Below, piece after piece: positions 31,491 through 40,870 of a DNA stretch of 64,000 nucleotides (the stretch's first letter is position 1; each line of letters starts with the position of its first letter). The notes beneath the pieces were generated by a model. It saw only the letters and a list, made by a program, of their open reading frames with translations. It was not told the DNA's origin and did no database searches. Both the position numbers and the translations under genes were made by a program. The DNA lies in NCBI GenBank assembly GCA_021802545.1, contig JAJZRS010000010.1, forward strand, positions 6,801 to 70,800, in the 5' to 3' direction. The stretch is from Pseudomonadota bacterium (GTDB lineage: Bacteria > Pseudomonadota > Gammaproteobacteria > Burkholderiales > JABEVD01).

Positions 31491-32896
31491 GCCTGAATGC
31501 GCTCCTCGGATTTCCCGTTCAAATTGCGCTTGATGCGGGCCACGGAAGAAACGAAGCGCGCTGCCCAGTAGCAGCCGCCTATGCTGCGCTGGTGCGTAAA
31601 CTGGGCGAGGACATTGTTCAACATGATCCCGTCGTTTATTCCGTCGATGCCGTGCCCTCTTGCGACCTTGTAGGCAAATCTGGCGTCTGGCGGCACGTTC
31701 TCGAGACTCGAATAATGGAATTCGTGCGCCTTCTGCACAGACTTCTTGGGCGCCGAGCAGGGCCATGGATGATCGGCATTCTCGACCAGATGGACGAATC
31801 CGCGTCCTACGGGCTTTTCGTGCATCACGACATCTCCTGGAATCGCCCCGACCATCTCGCAGGTCTTCCCCTGATAGGTGAGCGATTTCGCGAGGTACAT
31901 CAGGCCGCCGCATTCGGCATATATCGGCATACCCGATTCGGCCTTCGACCTGATCTCGCCTCTCAATGAAGCGTTCGCTTCCAGTTCGCGCGCAAATAGT
32001 TCTGGAAATCCGCCGCCGATGAAAAGCGCGTCGACATCAGGCAGGCGCGCATCCTTCATCGTGTCGAACTCCACGAGTTCAGCCCCAGCGGATTCCAGGG
32101 CCTCGATGTCGTCTATGTAGTAGAAGCCGAAAGCCCTGTCCTTCGCGATGCCGATCCTCACCTTCTCCCTGACGGGAAGGGGGGCGACGTCGAAGCTTCC
32201 TTTTTCTTCAAGCGCGGGGCGCTCTGAGAGCTGGAGCAGGCTGTCGAGATCGACCTGCGACGTCACGGCATCGCCTATTCCGGCAATGCGCTCCGCGGAT
32301 TCGCTGGATTCGTTGCTGGGCATGAGGCCGAGATGGCGCTCGACAATCTCTAGGCGTTCGTCGTGATGCACCGCGCCGATCACTGGCACATCCGTATAGT
32401 GCTCGATCACTGCCCTGAGCTTGGATTCGTGGCGGGACCCGCCGAGATTGTTGAGGATCACGCCGGCTATCGAAATCTCCTTGTCGAAAGCCTGGTATCC
32501 GAGAATCAGCGGTGCGATGCCCCGGGTCATTCCCCGCGCATCGATCACCAGCACGACAGGCAGGTCGAGGAGCTTGGCGAGCGCCGCATTGCTGTTGCTG
32601 CCGTCGAGCGCAAGCCCATCGTAAAGCCCCTTGTTCCCTTCGACGATGCTGATGTCCGCACCAATTGAATGCCGCCTGAAGGTGGACACCACGTCATCAG
32701 GATTCATCAGATACAGATCGAGGTTCCTGCAGGATCTGCCCGAAGCTGCTCCCAACCACATCGGGTCGATGTAATCCGGGCCCTTCTTGAACGGCTGGAC
32801 GGCCAGCCCCTTGTTCTTCAGGGCCGCGCACAGGCCGATGCTGACTGTCGTCTTTCCTGAAGACTTGTGGGCGGCGGAAACAAGCACGCGGCGCAT
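31487..32896 (-). CDS. dsrN: DsrN, cobyrinic acid a,c-diamide synthase-like sirohaem amidase
   Basis: 469-aa ORF. Starts VLVSAAHKSSGKTTVSIGL..KGPDYIDP and carries a C-terminal glutamine amidotransferase domain (YAECGGLMYL). Sits after dsrP. Confidence 0.87.
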   Translation of the reverse strand: MRRVLVSAAHKSSGKTTVSIGLCAALKNKGLAVQPFKKGPDYIDPMWLGAASGRSCRNLDLYLMNPDDVVSTFRRHSIGADISIVEGNKGLYDGLALDGSNSNAALAKLLDLPVVLVIDARGMTRGIAPLILGYQAFDKEISIAGVILNNLGGSRHESKLRAVIEHYTDVPVIGAVHHDERLEIVERHLGLMPSNESSESAERIAGIGDAVTSQVDLDSLLQLSERPALEEKGSFDVAPLPVREKVRIGIAKDRAFGFYYIDDIEALESAGAELVEFDTMKDARLPDVDALFIGGGFPELFARELEANASLRGEIRSKAESGMPIYAECGGLMYLAKSLTYQGKTCEMVGAIPGDVVMHEKPVGRGFVHLVENADHPWPCSAPKKSVQKAHEFHYSSLENVPPDARFAYKVARGHGIDGINDGIMLNNVLAQFTHQRSIGGCYWAARFVSSVARIKRNLNGKSEERIQA

Positions 32897-32905
32897 GGGT
32901 CTGAC

Positions 32906-34090
32906 TTAATCCTTGCTGGATGCGTCGCGCGGCATAAGGGAATTGATCACGCGCACGCCGACGAGGGTGATCAGGAAAGCGATGCCCAGGCCGCCGAATC
33001 CCAGCAGAATTTCGGGAAGGCTGGGAGCGTAGTGGCCGATCTGCCCGTCGCCGAAGCTGCTGCTGAGCACCTGATACCCGGGAAATATATCGAGCGGGAA
33101 TGCCTGTCCGCCGATGATGAACACATAAAGGAAGGAGAAGCTGCCCAATATGATCAGTATCGAAGCAGCAATGACATGACAGTTCTTCTTGAAACCCGGA
33201 AGGAAAATCAGAAGAAGCGGCACGATGCTGCCCAGCACGACGTAACCCAGCCAGAACAGCCAGGAATAAATTCCGCCGTCTATCAGAATGAAATGCTCGA
33301 AAGCGGTCTGCTTGGCGAAATAGAGGTTCGTCAGGTGGTAAACGGCAACCAGGTAAAGCGTGCCGAGCACGAAGATGCCCAGCAGGTTCTTCATGCGTCC
33401 CATGACGACAGGATCGGGCGTGATTTGATTCCAGGCATACATCACGGACTGCACGACGAAGAATACGGCCATTCCCCAGCCGAAAGACATCACCAGGAAC
33501 ATGGGCGGCAAAATCGCCGAACCGTATGCCTGGCGTGCAACCAGGAATGCGAAAATGAGTCCAGTACCGGTTGTCAGCATGATGCGCCATGTGAACACGG
33601 CCAGCCCTGCCGGCTTGATCCAGGGATTCATGCGCCTTTCAAGCAAGGTCCACATGTAGATCGCAACCAGGGTGAACAGGCCGGTATAAAGCGGCAGGTT
33701 CCAGGCGAACATCGATGTCAGGTTCAAATGGGTGGCGGCGACGATGACGCGCTCCGGCCTGCCCAGGTCCAGCATGAGCACGCTGAGCCCGCCGGCCAGC
33801 ATCGCAATCGACAGCATGCCTGCGAGCGGCGCGCGCCCCTTGTACACGGCTTTGCCGAATACGGAACCGATGGAAGCAATGTTCAGCACACCGGAAGCGG
33901 AAATGATCAGGAAGATGGCGAAAACGTGCGGCATTCCCCAGACGATCTGGTTGTTCATGCCGGTCACGATGTGCCCGTGCTCCTCCATGTAGTGCGCTGC
34001 GGCCAGGCCCATCAGCACGACCATCGCCCCGAACAGGACGAGCAGGTAGAAATTGCGGAGATCCTTCTTCGCTTTCAGCAATGCATCCAT
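32906..34090 (-). CDS. dsrP: DsrP, NrfD/PsrC-like integral membrane quinone-interacting subunit
   Basis: 394-aa polytopic membrane ORF between dsrO and dsrN. Confidence 0.87.
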   Translation of the reverse strand: MDALLKAKKDLRNFYLLVLFGAMVVLMGLAAAHYMEEHGHIVTGMNNQIVWGMPHVFAIFLIISASGVLNIASIGSVFGKAVYKGRAPLAGMLSIAMLAGGLSVLMLDLGRPERVIVAATHLNLTSMFAWNLPLYTGLFTLVAIYMWTLLERRMNPWIKPAGLAVFTWRIMLTTGTGLIFAFLVARQAYGSAILPPMFLVMSFGWGMAVFFVVQSVMYAWNQITPDPVVMGRMKNLLGIFVLGTLYLVAVYHLTNLYFAKQTAFEHFILIDGGIYSWLFWLGYVVLGSIVPLLLIFLPGFKKNCHVIAASILIILGSFSFLYVFIIGGQAFPLDIFPGYQVLSSSFGDGQIGHYAPSLPEILLGFGGLGIAFLITLVGVRVINSLMPRDASSKD

Positions 34091-34815
34091 TACAACCCCT
34101 CGTAGTGGAGACCGGTGTCGAGTCCCAGGTCAGCCCTCAACTGCATCGAAGATACCTCCTTGATCCTCTTGGCGATTTCGCTGTTCGGATCGTTCAGGTT
34201 TCCGAAAAGAATCGCCTTGTGGCCCGCCTTCGCGCAGGCTTCGGCGCAAGCCGTGTTGGATTCCCCCCGGTCGATGCGCTGTACGCAAAGGGTGCAGCTT
34301 TCCACAGTGCCCTTGCCGCGCGGCACTTCCGCCTTCTGGTCGTGAATCGGCTCGTGGACGAAAGAGCGCGCCTTGTAAGGGCAGGCCATCATGCAGTAGC
34401 GGCAGCCTATGCAAAGATGCCTGTCGACCAGCACGATTCCGTCAGCCCGCTTGAAGGAAGCGCCAGTGGGGCAGACGTCGACGCAAGGAGGCTCAGCGCA
34501 ATGCTGGCACATCATGGGAAGCGAACTCACCTTCCCCGTCTTCAGATTCTTCAGCTCGACCTTCCTGATCCACTGCTCGTCCGTCGGGCCGGTTCCGCCA
34601 GGCAGGCCGTTCTCCTTGTTGCAGGCCTTGACGCACTCGTCGCAGCCCGCCTCGCATTGGCTCGTGTCGATCAGCATCCCCCATCTCACTGCGCTGGATG
34701 CGGGCCTGTTTTCGCCGTGCGCGAGGTCGTACAGCATCATGCCCGGCGCGATCGCAAGCCCGGCGAGCATCGCCGATCCCTTCAGGAAGTCGCGCCTACC
34801 GATTTCCTCGCTCAT
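34090..34815 (-). CDS. dsrO: DsrO, periplasmic 4Fe-4S ferredoxin-like subunit with Tat signal
   Basis: MSEEIGRRDFLKGSAMLAGLAIAPG (twin-arginine) from the ATG at 34815 (ATGA overlap with the dsrJ stop). Several CxxCxxCxxxCP clusters. Confidence 0.9.
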   Translation of the reverse strand: MSEEIGRRDFLKGSAMLAGLAIAPGMMLYDLAHGENRPASSAVRWGMLIDTSQCEAGCDECVKACNKENGLPGGTGPTDEQWIRKVELKNLKTGKVSSLPMMCQHCAEPPCVDVCPTGASFKRADGIVLVDRHLCIGCRYCMMACPYKARSFVHEPIHDQKAEVPRGKGTVESCTLCVQRIDRGESNTACAEACAKAGHKAILFGNLNDPNSEIAKRIKEVSSMQLRADLGLDTGLHYEGL

Positions 34816-35183
34816 TTCCCAATCTCCGTGAGGGTTTCGCTGACCGTCTCGGGACGGCTCGAATGGCATTCGAAGCAGTCGATCTTGACCGCGGCATACA
34901 CGTGGCAGCCCTGGCAGAAATTACTGTTCGTGCCCAGCACGCTGTTGTTGACGCGGCTCGCATGGCAGTTCACGCACTTGATCAGGCTGTACCTGCCGAT
35001 GACGCCCTGATGCACCGTGATGGTCCGCTGCTTCTTCAACAGATCGCCGTGGTTGATCTTCATGAATTTGGGATCGTTCACGCAATGCCCCCCCTTCCCG
35101 ATATCGAGATGGGGGACCGTCACCTCGGCACTGGCCGTGCCGCAAAAGAGCGCAAACAAGGCCAGGATAGCAAGCCGCTTCAT
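34812..35183 (-). CDS. dsrJ: DsrJ, periplasmic trihaem cytochrome c
   Basis: MKRLAILALFALFCGTASA signal from the ATG at 35183. Three haem motifs: CVNCH, CQGCH, CFECH. The upstream extension of the track ORF overlaps dsrL. Confidence 0.88.
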   Translation of the reverse strand: MKRLAILALFALFCGTASAEVTVPHLDIGKGGHCVNDPKFMKINHGDLLKKQRTITVHQGVIGRYSLIKCVNCHASRVNNSVLGTNSNFCQGCHVYAAVKIDCFECHSSRPETVSETLTEIGK

Positions 35184-35185
35184 CA

Positions 35186-37132
35186 CTATTCGCCCAGCCC
35201 CATCTGGATGTAGCCGGTCGGGCAGACGTCGTGGCAGATATGGCAGCCGATGCACTTGTTGTAGTCGGTGTCGACATAGCGCCCAGTCGTCGACTGGTTC
35301 TTCTTCACCTTGAACACGGCAGTCTGCGGGCAATAGACGACGCAGTTGTCGCATTCGAAGCACAGCCCGCAGCTCATGCAGCGCTTGGCTTCGTCGACGG
35401 CCTGTGATTCGGAGAGCGCTTCGATTCTTTCCTCGAAGTTGCCGAGCGCGGTTTCCTTGTCGAGCGTGATGATATTGCGCTTGTTCCTCTCCACGAAGCC
35501 GAAATGTCCCAGGAACATGTCGTCGTGGGGGATCACATAGCGTCCCGAACGGTTGTCATAATTGTGGACGGCCACATTCATGTGATCCGTTCCCCTGATC
35601 GGCTCGTGCACTTCTTCCACATCCAGCCCCTTCTCGACCATCTTTCTCATCAGGTCGAAGGTGTGGACGTCGATCTTGGGACGCTTTTCCTGCTCCTCGC
35701 CATTGAGGAACCTGTCTATGCCGTCTGCCGCGATAGAGCCGTGGCCGATCGCCGTGGTCAAGAGGTGGGGGCGGAGGACGTCGCCGCCGGCGAAAACGCC
35801 AGCCTTGCCCTGGACCTGATAATTCTTGTCCGCAGTGATCGTTCCCCTGCCGTTGTCGAATTCTTCGAGTCCGGTGAAGTCCACTGCCTGGCCGATCGCC
35901 GAAACGATGAGATCGGCTTCGATGTCGCGCTCGCTGCCCTCTTTCTTGACGATCTCGAGCTTGCCGCCGCTCATCTTGGCTTCGCATTCCATGACTCTCA
36001 GGGCAGTTGCGCGCCCATCGGATGCCTTCACGACGCCGACGGGAACAAGGCCGCCGAGAATCGCAATGCCTTCGGCAAGCGCCTGCTCGATTTCATGCTT
36101 GTTCGCCTGCATCTTGTCGACGGGGAATACGGAAGTGAGCGTGACATCGGCGCCATGCTTGACGGAAATCTCTGCGACGTCGTGCGCCATCTGGCCTGCG
36201 ATCGCACGCTCCAGGTCTGTCGGCTTGGCGTTCTCGATATGTCCCAGGCGCCTTGCAACGGTCGCAACGTCGATCGACGTGTCGCCGCCGCCGACCACCA
36301 CGACGCGCTTGCCCACGTAGCGCAGCCTGCCGTCGTTGAACGCGGAAAGAAACGCGGTTGCGGTTACGACGTTCGGCGCATCCGAGTCTGCAACGGGAAG
36401 CGCCCTGCCCGCCTGGGCACCGAGCCCCAGGAAAATCGCATCAAATTCGGAGCGGATCTGATCGAGCGTGACGTCCTTGCCTATCTTGCAGTTCATTCTC
36501 GTCTTGACGCCCAGATCGAGAATCCGCTGGATTTCGGCGTCGAGCACGTCGCGCGGCGTGCGGAATCCGGGGATGCCGTAGCGCATCATGCCGCCGAGGA
36601 GCTCGTGATCGTCGAAAATAGTGACTTCATGCCCCTTCATGGCCAGCTGGTAGGCGCAGGAAAGGCCTCCAGGCCCGCCGCCGATGACAGCGATCTTCTT
36701 GCCCGTCGAATTTTCCGGCTTCGCGAATTTCAGGTTGTTCGCGATCGCGTACTCGCCGAGGAAGTGCTCGACCGAGTTGATGCCGACATGGTCTTCGACC
36801 TCGTTCCTGTTGCATCCGGTCTCGCAAGGCGCCGGGCACACGCGTCCCATCACGGAGGGGAAGGGATTGGCTTCAGTCAGCCTTCTCCAGGCGTATTCCT
36901 GCCAATTCATGCCTGCGGGCGGCTTCTCGATGCCTCTGACGATCTGCAGGTAGCTTCTGATGTCCTCGCCTGCCGGGCAGCTTCCCTGGCATGGCGGAGT
37001 CGACTGGATATAGGTCGGGCATTTATGGGTATAGCTTGCCTGGAATATCTGGTCGCGCCATGATTTGACCGTGTGGTCGCCATCCTTGTAGCGCCTGAAT
37101 GTGAGCTTGTCGTCCATCATGGTTTCTGACAT
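35186..37132 (-). CDS. dsrL: DsrL, NAD(P)H:acceptor oxidoreductase (GltD-like, C-terminal ferredoxin domain)
   Basis: 648-aa ORF. N-terminal FeS region, FAD/NAD motifs IAVIGGGPGGLSCA and VVVVGGGDTSIDVA, and a C-terminal 2x[4Fe-4S] domain (CMSCGLCFECDNC..CIGCHICHDVCP). Confidence 0.9.
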   Translation of the reverse strand: MSETMMDDKLTFRRYKDGDHTVKSWRDQIFQASYTHKCPTYIQSTPPCQGSCPAGEDIRSYLQIVRGIEKPPAGMNWQEYAWRRLTEANPFPSVMGRVCPAPCETGCNRNEVEDHVGINSVEHFLGEYAIANNLKFAKPENSTGKKIAVIGGGPGGLSCAYQLAMKGHEVTIFDDHELLGGMMRYGIPGFRTPRDVLDAEIQRILDLGVKTRMNCKIGKDVTLDQIRSEFDAIFLGLGAQAGRALPVADSDAPNVVTATAFLSAFNDGRLRYVGKRVVVVGGGDTSIDVATVARRLGHIENAKPTDLERAIAGQMAHDVAEISVKHGADVTLTSVFPVDKMQANKHEIEQALAEGIAILGGLVPVGVVKASDGRATALRVMECEAKMSGGKLEIVKKEGSERDIEADLIVSAIGQAVDFTGLEEFDNGRGTITADKNYQVQGKAGVFAGGDVLRPHLLTTAIGHGSIAADGIDRFLNGEEQEKRPKIDVHTFDLMRKMVEKGLDVEEVHEPIRGTDHMNVAVHNYDNRSGRYVIPHDDMFLGHFGFVERNKRNIITLDKETALGNFEERIEALSESQAVDEAKRCMSCGLCFECDNCVVYCPQTAVFKVKKNQSTTGRYVDTDYNKCIGCHICHDVCPTGYIQMGLGE

Positions 37133-37162
37133 TTCCTGCCTCCGATGTATTTTGAGTAAGAG

Positions 37163-38695
37163 CTATTTGTCGCCAAGCCTGATCGCGTTGCTCACCAGTT
37201 GGTGCACGCCGCCTATCATGCGCATGTTGAATCCGTAATAGGGAAGAACCTTGGTGAACTGCGTCTTGCATATGGCGCATATCGCCGCCATGAAGTTGAC
37301 CCCATCCTTTTCGACGACTTCCTTCAGGGCCTCCATCCTGGGCAACGCCCCTTTCACCCTGAGATCCATCAGGTCGTCCGTCAACAGGCCGCCGCCTCCG
37401 CCACAGCAGAAGGTCTTCTCCATTATCGTGGCCTCGTTCATGTCGACGAACTTGTTGGCTGCGGCCCTGATGATGTTTCTCGGGATTTCGAATTGCCCGC
37501 CCGGCATGTCGCCCATGCGCGAGGCTCTCGCCACGTTGCACGAATCGTGGAAGGTGACGACGTAATGGTCGTTCGCCTCCGGGTCGAGCGTGATCGCCTG
37601 TTTCTGGATCAGGTCCCAGGTCACTTCGCATATGTGGGATGGCTGCTTGTAACGCTGGTCGAGCTGCTTCTGGAGCTGTATCGCGAAACGGTCGTTGGGA
37701 TCGGCCCCGTCGCCGATACCTGTCAGCGTATTCCAGAAACTGTACGCGACGCGCCATGCATGCCCGCATTCTCCGACGACGATGCGCTTCACGCCGAGTT
37801 CCAGCGCCGCTTCGCGAATGCGCAATGCAATCTGACGAAGCTGGTCGTAGCTGCCGATGAAAAGACCGAAGTTGCCGCCTTCAGACGCCTTCGAAGAAAG
37901 CGTCCAGGAGATTCCTGCAGCATGGAACACCTTGGCATAACCCACCAGGCTGTCGATATGGGGTTCCGCGAAGAAATCAGCGGATGGGGTGATCAGCAGT
38001 ACTTCAGCGCCCTTCACGTCGAGCGGGAAACGGATGTCTATCCCCGTGTCCTCCTTGACATCCTCCTCGAGTCCTTCGAGCGTATCGGTCAGCGCAGGTC
38101 CCGGAAGTCCCAGGTTGTTGCCTATCTTGTGGACCTTGCCGATGATCTCGTTGGCATATTTCTGTCCGTAGCCAACCGAATCGAGAATCTCACGGGCTGC
38201 CATCGTGACTTCGGCGGTATCGATCCCGTAGGGGCAGAAAACCGAGCAGCGACGGCATTCGGAACATTGATGGTAGTAGCTGTACCATTCGTCCAGCACT
38301 TCGCGCGTCAGGTCGCGCGCACCGACGAGCTTGGGAAAAAGCTTGCCCGGGATCGTGAAATAGCGCCTGTAGACGCTTCTCAGGAGATCCTGGCGGGCGA
38401 CCGGCATGTTCTTCGGATCCTGAGTGCCGATGAAGTAATGGCATTTGTCCGAGCATGCGCCGCAATGCACGCACGCATCCAGATAGACCTTGAGGGAGCG
38501 GTATTTCTTGAGCAGTTCGCCCATCTTGGCGATCGCGCGCTCTTCCCAGTCCTCTACCAACTCTCCAGGGAAACCGAGTGCTTCCTGGATCTTGTCGCTG
38601 GCGACGAAAGGCTTCAGGCCTTCCATCGCTCCGGGCTTGATTGAGGGAATGATGGGAATGACCCGGTAGGGTGGAGCTGTAATCTCTGCAGCCAT
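37163..38695 (-). CDS. dsrK: DsrK, HdrD-like catalytic FeS subunit
   Basis: 510-aa ORF. CVHCGACSDKC and CSECRRCSVFCP ferredoxin motifs plus CCG-domain cysteines (CCGGGGG). Confidence 0.92.
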   Translation of the reverse strand: MAAEITAPPYRVIPIIPSIKPGAMEGLKPFVASDKIQEALGFPGELVEDWEERAIAKMGELLKKYRSLKVYLDACVHCGACSDKCHYFIGTQDPKNMPVARQDLLRSVYRRYFTIPGKLFPKLVGARDLTREVLDEWYSYYHQCSECRRCSVFCPYGIDTAEVTMAAREILDSVGYGQKYANEIIGKVHKIGNNLGLPGPALTDTLEGLEEDVKEDTGIDIRFPLDVKGAEVLLITPSADFFAEPHIDSLVGYAKVFHAAGISWTLSSKASEGGNFGLFIGSYDQLRQIALRIREAALELGVKRIVVGECGHAWRVAYSFWNTLTGIGDGADPNDRFAIQLQKQLDQRYKQPSHICEVTWDLIQKQAITLDPEANDHYVVTFHDSCNVARASRMGDMPGGQFEIPRNIIRAAANKFVDMNEATIMEKTFCCGGGGGLLTDDLMDLRVKGALPRMEALKEVVEKDGVNFMAAICAICKTQFTKVLPYYGFNMRMIGGVHQLVSNAIRLGDK

Positions 38696-39424
38696 TTATT
38701 TCTCCACTTCCATTTTTGCAGCCCAGGGCGCGATATGGCGCTTTTCCCTGGGATTGTCCGGCATGACGCGCGTTGGCGAGAAGAACAGTCCTGGCGCATG
38801 CAAGAGCTTGCTGAAAGGAAATATGATCATCAGGGTCGCAACCAGGGACAGATGGACGTAAAGCAGGCCATTCGTCGAGGGCAAGGGCTGCCAATCGAAA
38901 GCCATGAGGCCCAGGAAAAACGCCTTGACGCCGATGATATCGACATGATCAAGGAATTTCATCGAAAGGCCGGAAATCGCGATGAGGATCAGGAGCGCGA
39001 GCATCAGATGGTCGGAAGGGGTCGAAATGTATCTCACCCTGTCGACGAAAAGCCGCCTGCCCCAAAGTCCCAGGAGCCCCACCGCCATCACCATTCCCGC
39101 ATAGATGCCGAAGGGCTGAACCAGATCCACCCATCCCCAGACGGGCTCGGTGAAATAGCGCAGATGGCGCATCAGCACCAGCGCCAGGCCGCCATGGAAA
39201 AGCATTGCGAATCCCCATGTCCAAAGGCTGCCCTTGAACAGGCTCTCGAAGAATACGACTTCCCTGGTTATGCGCAACGCCACGCCCCCTTTTGTCGTGG
39301 GGGCCGGCGTCGTGGGAATCACCAGAGGTGCCGGCGTACGCGCATAATCATATATACGGTATCCGACACCCCCAACCAGGCACAGGGCCGCCACGTAGAA
39401 GACTACCGCAAACAAGACACTCAT
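38696..39424 (-). CDS. dsrM: DsrM, NarI-like dihaem cytochrome b membrane subunit
   Basis: 242-aa ORF with five predicted TM helices and conserved His residues, placed between dsrC and dsrK. Confidence 0.9.
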   Translation of the reverse strand: MSVLFAVVFYVAALCLVGGVGYRIYDYARTPAPLVIPTTPAPTTKGGVALRITREVVFFESLFKGSLWTWGFAMLFHGGLALVLMRHLRYFTEPVWGWVDLVQPFGIYAGMVMAVGLLGLWGRRLFVDRVRYISTPSDHLMLALLILIAISGLSMKFLDHVDIIGVKAFFLGLMAFDWQPLPSTNGLLYVHLSLVATLMIIFPFSKLLHAPGLFFSPTRVMPDNPREKRHIAPWAAKMEVEK

Positions 39425-39454
39425 GACGATTCCCTTATGCCTGCCCTGCGTCGA

Positions 39455-39790
39455 TCAGATGCAGCCTGTCGGCTTCGGAAGACCTGCGACCTTGCAAGCC
39501 TGCTTGCCGGGGCCGTAAGGGAAAAGTTCGTAAAGATACTGGCTGTTTCCCTTCTCAGGCCCGAGCTTCTTGCCGATCGCCTTGGTCAGGACGCGGACAG
39601 CGGGGGCGATCTGGAATTCGTCGTAATATTTCCTCAGAAAATCGATCACTTCCCAGTGCTGCTCGGTCATGTTCAGATTTTCGGTCTTGGCGATATAGTT
39701 GGCAACATCCATGTTCCAGTCTGCCAGATTGACGAGGTAGCCTTCCTCGTCTGTTTCATAGGATTTGCCGTTGACTTCGATTTGTGGCAT
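39455..39790 (-). CDS. dsrC: DsrC, sulfur-carrier substrate protein of DsrAB
   Basis: 111-aa ORF ending GKQACKVAGLPKPTGCI, so both conserved C-terminal-arm cysteines are present. Confidence 0.95.
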   Translation of the reverse strand: MPQIEVNGKSYETDEEGYLVNLADWNMDVANYIAKTENLNMTEQHWEVIDFLRKYYDEFQIAPAVRVLTKAIGKKLGPEKGNSQYLYELFPYGPGKQACKVAGLPKPTGCI

Positions 39791-39816
39791 TTCAATCTCC
39801 TTATATTAATAGTGGT

Positions 39817-40113
39817 TCAAAGCCAGGATTGGCAATTACTGTTGGCAACGACGAGATCGACGAAACCGTCGTAACCCACTGTCGACACGCCCTCCAAAAC
39901 GCGGTCGGCAAGTCCTCTAGCTTCGATGTCTGGCATCAGCGCGTAGACTTTGAAGCGGCTCATGGCTTCCTTGATTTTCGCCTCATAGGCATTGCCTGCC
40001 GTCGCGGCATAGATGGCATCTTCAATCAGAAGAATGTCGCCGCCGGTCGCCACGTTGAGGCAGGTGTCCAGCGTCGAACTGGACATCGGGCTTTGGTTGA
40101 TGATGTGCAGCAT
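39817..40113 (-). CDS. dsrH: DsrH, sulfur-transfer complex DsrEFH subunit
   Basis: 98-aa ORF, MLHIINQSP..GGDILLIEDAIYAA, following dsrF. Confidence 0.88.
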   Translation of the reverse strand: MLHIINQSPMSSSTLDTCLNVATGGDILLIEDAIYAATAGNAYEAKIKEAMSRFKVYALMPDIEARGLADRVLEGVSTVGYDGFVDLVVANSNCQSWL

Positions 40114-40123
40114 ATTCCCCTTC

Positions 40124-40495
40124 CTAGAAACTCAGCAGGACGTCCTGCTCATCCATAAGTGCGCCCATTTCAGCCCGAGTCAGGACAGTCACGTCGACCA
40201 GCAGGTCGTCTTCGGTCAATCCCCTTGCCTCCATGGCTTCCTTTTCGACATAAAGCTTCTCGATGTCATAGCCTTCGAGGGCACGATAGGTGGGTGAAAA
40301 ATTCTTGGTTTCGATCCCCTTGGTTTGCTGCCCTTTCTTCAACTGATAGACGCCATCGTCGAGAAAAGCCAGGGAAACGTCCTGATCGAACGCAGCCGTG
40401 ATCAGCACCACCTCAAGCGACTCCAGCGCGTAGACCGTGCCGTAGGGCGCCTTGCGGTTGACGAACATGAATTTCTTGATGCCTTCTTCGCTCAT
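40124..40495 (-). CDS. dsrF: DsrF, sulfur-transfer complex DsrEFH subunit
   Basis: MSEEGIKKFMFVNRKAPYGTVYALESLEV from the ATG at 40495 with an upstream GAGGGG SD. The track start at 40507 is a TTG. Confidence 0.87.
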   Translation of the reverse strand: MSEEGIKKFMFVNRKAPYGTVYALESLEVVLITAAFDQDVSLAFLDDGVYQLKKGQQTKGIETKNFSPTYRALEGYDIEKLYVEKEAMEARGLTEDDLLVDVTVLTRAEMGALMDEQDVLLSF

Positions 40496-40503
40496 TTTTC
40501 CCC

Positions 40504-40863
40504 TCAATCGCCGAATGTGACCAGACGGTCCGCCTGGATGCCCGCCTCGACCAACTGGCCGAGACCGGAAATCCTGAAGCCGGCAGCAAGATTCTCATCA
40601 CGGATGCCGCGCCGGAGCGCGGCTGCCACGCAAACGACCAGATCGACACCGTGTTCCTCGGCCAGCTTGCTCCAGCGGTTCACGATATTCCTGTCGTCCT
40701 GGGGAGGCTCCGTCAGTTTGGTGGCATTGTTCACGCCGTCGTGATAGAAAAAGACGCGCGAGACTTCATGCCCCTTTTCGATCGCCGCCTTGCAGAACAG
40801 GTAGGCGGAATCGCTGGCCTGATGCTGATAGGGCCCCTCGTTCACTACGATGCCGAATTTCAT
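40504..40863 (-). CDS. dsrE: DsrE, sulfur-transfer complex DsrEFH subunit (active-site Cys)
   Basis: MKFGIVVNEGPYQHQASDSAY..DLVVCVAAALRRG from the ATG at 40863 (SD GAGG 6 nt upstream). The track start at 40869 is a GTG. Confidence 0.9.
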   Translation of the reverse strand: MKFGIVVNEGPYQHQASDSAYLFCKAAIEKGHEVSRVFFYHDGVNNATKLTEPPQDDRNIVNRWSKLAEEHGVDLVVCVAAALRRGIRDENLAAGFRISGLGQLVEAGIQADRLVTFGD

Positions 40864-40870
40864 GGCCACC

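Noticed and set aside
31137-31913. 258-aa ORF containing the thioredoxin.
   Set aside because: The N-terminal 140 codons overlap dsrN in another frame and are Arg-rich nonsense. The thioredoxin fold starts at MKFVFDT (31490).
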